Source: Candidatus Poribacteria bacterium
GTDB taxonomy: Bacteria > Poribacteria > WGA-4E > PCPOR2b
NCBI GenBank assembly: GCA_965215015.1
Contig: OZ244042.1
Span: 2,240,001-2,304,000 of the forward strand
Reading direction: 5' to 3'
DNA length: 64,000 bases
A program made the translations under genes and the position numbers. Positions 59,759-64,000 of this stretch are shown piece after piece. The stretch's first letter is position 1; the number at the start of each line of letters is the position of its first letter. Below the pieces are notes generated by a model. The model was not told where the DNA came from and ran no database searches. It saw nothing but the letters and a program-made list of their open reading frames with translations.

Positions 59759-62700
59759 ATGAGTAGCAAGAAGTTGATTTACTTTTTAGTAATATCGCTT
59801 ATCTGTGGGTTAATTGTAGGAGATGTTGCCCATGCCACGATTATCGGAATTAAAGGTACAGTCAGTCATGCCGACGGTGCACCTGTGGTTGGCGCGACGG
59901 TGACAGCCCCTGGTTTTGGTAGTCTAGAGGTATCTTCTACTACCGACACGGGCGGGGGTTACAGAATCCCCTATATCTCTTTTGCCAATGTTGTAATAAA
60001 GGTTGGGGATAAAATCACGGTACAAGTTACCGACACTGAAGGAAAGGTTATTGAAAAAACACACACTGTCACAGCAGCAGATATCAGTGTAGGAGAGGCG
60101 ACGTTTGATATCACCCTTGTTTCAACAACTGTTACGGTTACTGTTGTCCCGAATAGCTTTAGTGCCGAGACATCAGGCACAGGGATTGTCACCGTCACCG
60201 TTGCGGAAGAAGAACCGGTGACCGATGAAATCGTCACGTTTCAACTCTCACCTAATGTTGGAACGGTTAGTTCGGCGACGAACAACGGCGACGGAACGTA
60301 CACTGCAAACTACACCTCCGGTGTGACTGCTGGGAATGTAACGCTTATCGCGACAGCGACCCAAGCGAACGCTTCCGGAACGGGTCCCATAACAATCAAC
60401 GCCGGCCCGCCGGCCTCGCTCGATCTCAGCGCAGCCCCGAGGACCGTCTCGAGTGGGGGAAGAGTGACTATCACCGCGATGGTCAGTGATAGCAACGGTA
60501 ACGGGGTCGGCGGTGCCAGTTTGACCGGGACCTCGGCGAGCGGTGCCCCCCTGACCAACTTCGCATCGGCTACGGCTTTGGGTGCCTACACAGCGACCTA
60601 TACCGCACCCACGGTTGACACCGAAGGGACCGAAACCGTAACGGTTATGGGAGATGGCCTTTCGGCACAATTGACCCTGAACCTGACCCCTGTTCCGCCA
60701 CGAGAGGTCCTCATTCTAGTTGTAGAGGGAACTGTATTCAAAGAGGACGGTGAAATTCCCGCCGATGACGTTCAGGTGGCAGTTACGGTTGGGGCAAACC
60801 CACCGCAGATGACCACCACCGATAGCGATGGGAACTACTCGGCAACGACCGTTAATCTAGGAGGCATCGCTGCAAGTACCGGCGATCCAGTTTTGGTTGT
60901 TGTTACAGACGCTGCCAGCGTGGAACGCGGTAGGGCGAATCTTACCCTGACAAATGACCACCTCGGCGAAGACAATGCTGCGACTGTCATACTCAATGTA
61001 GAAACTGATATTGTGATTCCTCCCAGATCTGTCAACATCTTGGTCTTGGATGGGATCGCGTATAAAGAGGATGGGACAACGCCTGTGGGCGAAGGGCTTG
61101 ACGTAACGGTTACCGTCGGCGCACAGCCACCAGAGACGATCCAAACCGCGTCGGATGGCTCCTTTTCAACCACAATTATTAATCTGCTGGGGCCGGCCGC
61201 AACCACCGGCGACATGGTCTCCATCGCTGTTGCTGATAGCAGCGGCGAGCGTGGGACGGATAATTTTAATTTAAGCAATTCACAACTCGGCGAAGAAGAC
61301 TCTACGACTGTCACCAGGAGCGTGGGTACCAATATTGGTCTCACTTCGGGGCTACTCGCCGTTACGGGAACAGTTTATCTTAAAAACGGTGATACCGAGA
61401 GTGTACCGGCGATTAGCTTTCTCAGGGCGGACGATCTGACCGTTGTTGTGACCAATACCACCCGTGATCTCCAGATGAGCAGATTGGTTGATGATGATGG
61501 TGGCTATTCTGTGACCTTCCTTGACCTGCTCGGCACCGTTGTTGAAACAGGCGATGCCCTCACCATTGCGGTCCAAAACGAGGCGGGTGAGACGGTTGGC
61601 ACGGTGGACCATATCCTCAGCATACCGGATGTTAAGGCATCGAAGGCAGAAGTTGACATTCATACAACAGTTCCTGCCGAAGTCACGGCACTTAATATAA
61701 CAGGTAACGTCGTCGAGATAGGCGGCAGCTCCGCAGGTTCCGGGCTTGAAGTGACCCTCACGCTTGCGATGAATGGGCATACCCTGGGAGCGGAGACCCG
61801 CACCGATGCTGCCGGCGACTATGGATATACCTTTGTCGACCTCATCACCCCAGTCGCAGCCACAGGCGATATTTTGATGGTTGACGTGCTACGAGCGGCC
61901 GATCAGTTCCACGGCCATGCGGTCATCGAATTGCGGTCCTACGAGCTCGTAGACCAACAGATCACCGTTGACCCGATAACGCTGATTCCGCCACGGTTGG
62001 AGCTGGGTGGACTTTCCATTAACCCCCATTATACAGGCGACATCCATGATTCAGTCGTTGAGCAACTGCTCAGTATAGATCTTGCCGCTGCAGGGGGTAA
62101 CATCATTGATCCATCAGGAAATCTATTGGCTCTGCTCCCGCCACTCCTGAGTTTCATAGGTGCTTACCAGATTGAGCTACCGTCCGGGTTTGAGCCAACC
62201 GACGAGCATATCGCTCAAGAGAGTTTCGGTAACGCCATAACCACTAGACCGACAGCGTGGGCAACCTTACCCGCAGCTGAACGCCACCCCGGCCGATGGG
62301 TTAACGGAGACCAACTGAATCTATATTTGGTCGGCGCGCCGACCATCAACGGTGTAACCTTCACGCTCAACGGTTCACCTATATCAGGGACCTCCATCCC
62401 TGCCGGTGGCTCCTTTATGTATAACTTCCAACTGGAAGAGGAGCTGATCGCCCTCTTCTCCGGAAATATGCCGGTCTTTAGGGCTGTCCAGCTGATGATT
62501 GACGGACAACCCCCACTCGATATGGCCCGCAACGGTATGGGCGTATGGTCGGTGGACGCACCCGTGTCCCCCGGTTCCACAGTCTCATACTACTATATGA
62601 TTGAGTTGTCTGAGCCGTATTACGATTCAATAACAGGTTTAACCATCGCCCGGTTCCCGCTCATCGATCCACGAAACCGACAGGTTAATACGGCTGGACT

Positions 62701-64000
62701 CAGCCAAACCATTGAGGGCCTCCTTGAATCAGGGCTCGATGCGTTGGACCCGGGTGTCCGATCTGTGTTTAGCGTCCCAGAGGTGAATTATCAACAGGCA
62801 CTCTGGGTTGGCACGTTCAATCTTGATGCCGATGGTATGTATCAGTTGGATGTCAATGTGAGCTATCGCGGCGGCCACCAAGAAGGTATCACAGGTAAGA
62901 TGTTCTATGTGGACCGGACTGCACCGACCGCTGATGTTGCGCTCAATCTGGACGCACCGGGGATGAATGCGGGCATGTATATGCGCGCAGATGGCACCTA
63001 CGTCGCAACGGGGCCGATGCCGGGACAGGCAAGCTTAACTGTCTCTGCAATCCCAGACGCGACCTCAGAGGATGCGGGTTATATGTATCAGTTGGGTAAG
63101 TTAGATAACTTAGGCCAGGTGGACGCATGGAATCCAGTGGTAACCGCGAATCTGCTGCCGTTAAACTTGGGGCAACTTCTCATGGACCCCGCTAGCGTGC
63201 TGCCAATGACCCTCATGCCACCACATGAACTCCAGATGCTCATCCGCAATTCAGAGGGCGAGGCACTAATCGGGACATACGGACTCCGCACTGTCGGTAT
63301 TGATAGTCTCTTAAATATGGACTCAAGCAGCGCAGCCGGTGTCATACTGGAATTCGTTCCGCCGGACCCCGATCGCTCGATGATTTCCTCCGTCCAAGCA
63401 GACTTCGATGGCAATGGCTTCATCGAGGGGCTTGAAACGCAGTCCGCAGCCGGTGATGTGGCTATCTTCTCCGACTCGGTGGTAACGCTCGTCGTTGACG
63501 TGATAGAGCGTACGACGCACCCATTGGCTTCAATCGCTGTGGAGTACCAGCTACCGGGCGGTGATTGGAACCCAATCGCCGTGTTTGACGCGGATATGCT
63601 GCTCAATACCGCGCTGGGCGACCAACTGATAGTCAATTGGGATGTTGCTGATTACGCAGCCCTCCCGGATAGGGGCAGCACCGTGATGGTGCGTACTGTT
63701 ACAACCAACGCACTGAATGTCGTTGACGGGGAGGATAGAGGGATGCCGATGGCATACCAGCGGCGTCTACCCCCTGAAGTGACAGCGATTCACATGCAGG
63801 CGATGGAACTTCACCCCGACAGTGGTGCGCCGCAAGGGACAATCACCGTCAGTGCATTCACACAGGCGATGACATCGCCGGATACAGCCGCGGTTCAGTT
63901 GGAGATTCGCCGATCCGCAGATGCAGCTGACGCTTGGCAGCCACTGGGTATCGTACAATTAGCCGATACAACGGTTACCTCTCACGTTCAAATCGCTATT
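59759..64000 (+). CDS. Very large secreted/surface protein with carboxypeptidase-regulatory-like and invasin/Big-1-like Ig repeats (runs off window)
   Basis: AGGAGG RBS, signal peptide MSSKKLIYFLVISLICGLIVGDVAHA, GTV..DG.PV.GATV..TD..GGY and NNGDGTYTANYTSG motifs; same frame open at spot checks up to 64000; absent from the ORF track, consistent with no stop in the window. Confidence 0.88.
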   Translation, partial: MSSKKLIYFLVISLICGLIVGDVAHATIIGIKGTVSHADGAPVVGATVTAPGFGSLEVSSTTDTGGGYRIPYISFANVVIKVGDKITVQVTDTEGKVIEKTHTVTAADISVGEATFDITLVSTTVTVTVVPNSFSAETSGTGIVTVTVAEEEPVTDEIVTFQLSPNVGTVSSATNNGDGTYTANYTSGVTAGNVTLIATATQANASGTGPITINAGPPASLDLSAAPRTVSSGGRVTITAMVSDSNGNGVGGASLTGTSASGAPLTNFASATALGAYTATYTAPTVDTEGTETVTVMGDGLSAQLTLNLTPVPPREVLILVVEGTVFKEDGEIPADDVQVAVTVGANPPQMTTTDSDGNYSATTVNLGGIAASTGDPVLVVVTDAASVERGRANLTLTNDHLGEDNAATVILNVETDIVIPPRSVNILVLDGIAYKEDGTTPVGEGLDVTVTVGAQPPETIQTASDGSFSTTIINLLGPAATTGDMVSIAVADSSGERGTDNFNLSNSQLGEEDSTTVTRSVGTNIGLTSGLLAVTGTVYLKNGDTESVPAISFLRADDLTVVVTNTTRDLQMSRLVDDDGGYSVTFLDLLGTVVETGDALTIAVQNEAGETVGTVDHILSIPDVKASKAEVDIHTTVPAEVTALNITGNVVEIGGSSAGSGLEVTLTLAMNGHTLGAETRTDAAGDYGYTFVDLITPVAATGDILMVDVLRAADQFHGHAVIELRSYELVDQQITVDPITLIPPRLELGGLSINPHYTGDIHDSVVEQLLSIDLAAAGGNIIDPSGNLLALLPPLLSFIGAYQIELPSGFEPTDEHIAQESFGNAITTRPTAWATLPAAERHPGRWVNGDQLNLYLVGAPTINGVTFTLNGSPISGTSIPAGGSFMYNFQLEEELIALFSGNMPVFRAVQLMIDGQPPLDMARNGMGVWSVDAPVSPGSTVSYYYMIELSEPYYDSITGLTIARFPLIDPRNRQVNTAGLSQTIEGLLESGLDALDPGVRSVFSVPEVNYQQALWVGTFNLDADGMYQLDVNVSYRGGHQEGITGKMFYVDRTAPTADVALNLDAPGMNAGMYMRADGTYVATGPMPGQASLTVSAIPDATSEDAGYMYQLGKLDNLGQVDAWNPVVTANLLPLNLGQLLMDPASVLPMTLMPPHELQMLIRNSEGEALIGTYGLRTVGIDSLLNMDSSSAAGVILEFVPPDPDRSMISSVQADFDGNGFIEGLETQSAAGDVAIFSDSVVTLVVDVIERTTHPLASIAVEYQLPGGDWNPIAVFDADMLLNTALGDQLIVNWDVADYAALPDRGSTVMVRTVTTNALNVVDGEDRGMPMAYQRRLPPEVTAIHMQAMELHPDSGAPQGTITVSAFTQAMTSPDTAAVQLEIRRSADAADAWQPLGIVQLADTTVTSHVQIAI

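Noticed and set aside
59971-63958. Multiple minus-strand ORFs in the last 4 kb
   Set aside because: Shadows of the single plus-strand giant ORF

Overview
A 64-kb bacterial chromosome segment. The signal peptide + WD40 + dockerin-like + C-terminal 'LLPNYPNPFNPETWIPY' protein architecture and the carbohydrate-catabolism content suggest Candidatus Poribacteria or a relative; this is inference, not a database result. Core genes: recN (5'-truncated), fused indolepyruvate oxidoreductase, aroE, zapA, iolD/iolC, eda, folE, recA, coaD, ftsB-like, argG, and ffh-rpsP-khpA-ylqD-trmD-rplS-rnhB-yraN with no rimM. Accessory highlights: (i) an apparent tetrahydrobiopterin operon (tandem-domain PTPS with an animal-type CX5HGH motif, folE, sepiapterin-reductase-like SDR); (ii) two secreted 14-repeat WD40 proteins between iolC and iolD; (iii) a variable region at 50.8-64 kb with a tnpB stub, a large FtsZ/tubulin-like (Tubulin_2) gene followed by a diverged internal copy of itself, and two tandem pairs of membrane-anchored 11-residue-repeat coiled-coil genes (one copy frameshifted at a T8 tract, one pair sitting inside a REP array). 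That region also holds a self-contained 32-aa peptide transcription unit and a >1400-aa Ig-rich surface protein that the ORF track missed. Several MITE/REP families and candidate structured leader RNAs occur between genes. No rRNA, tRNA or CRISPR array was found.
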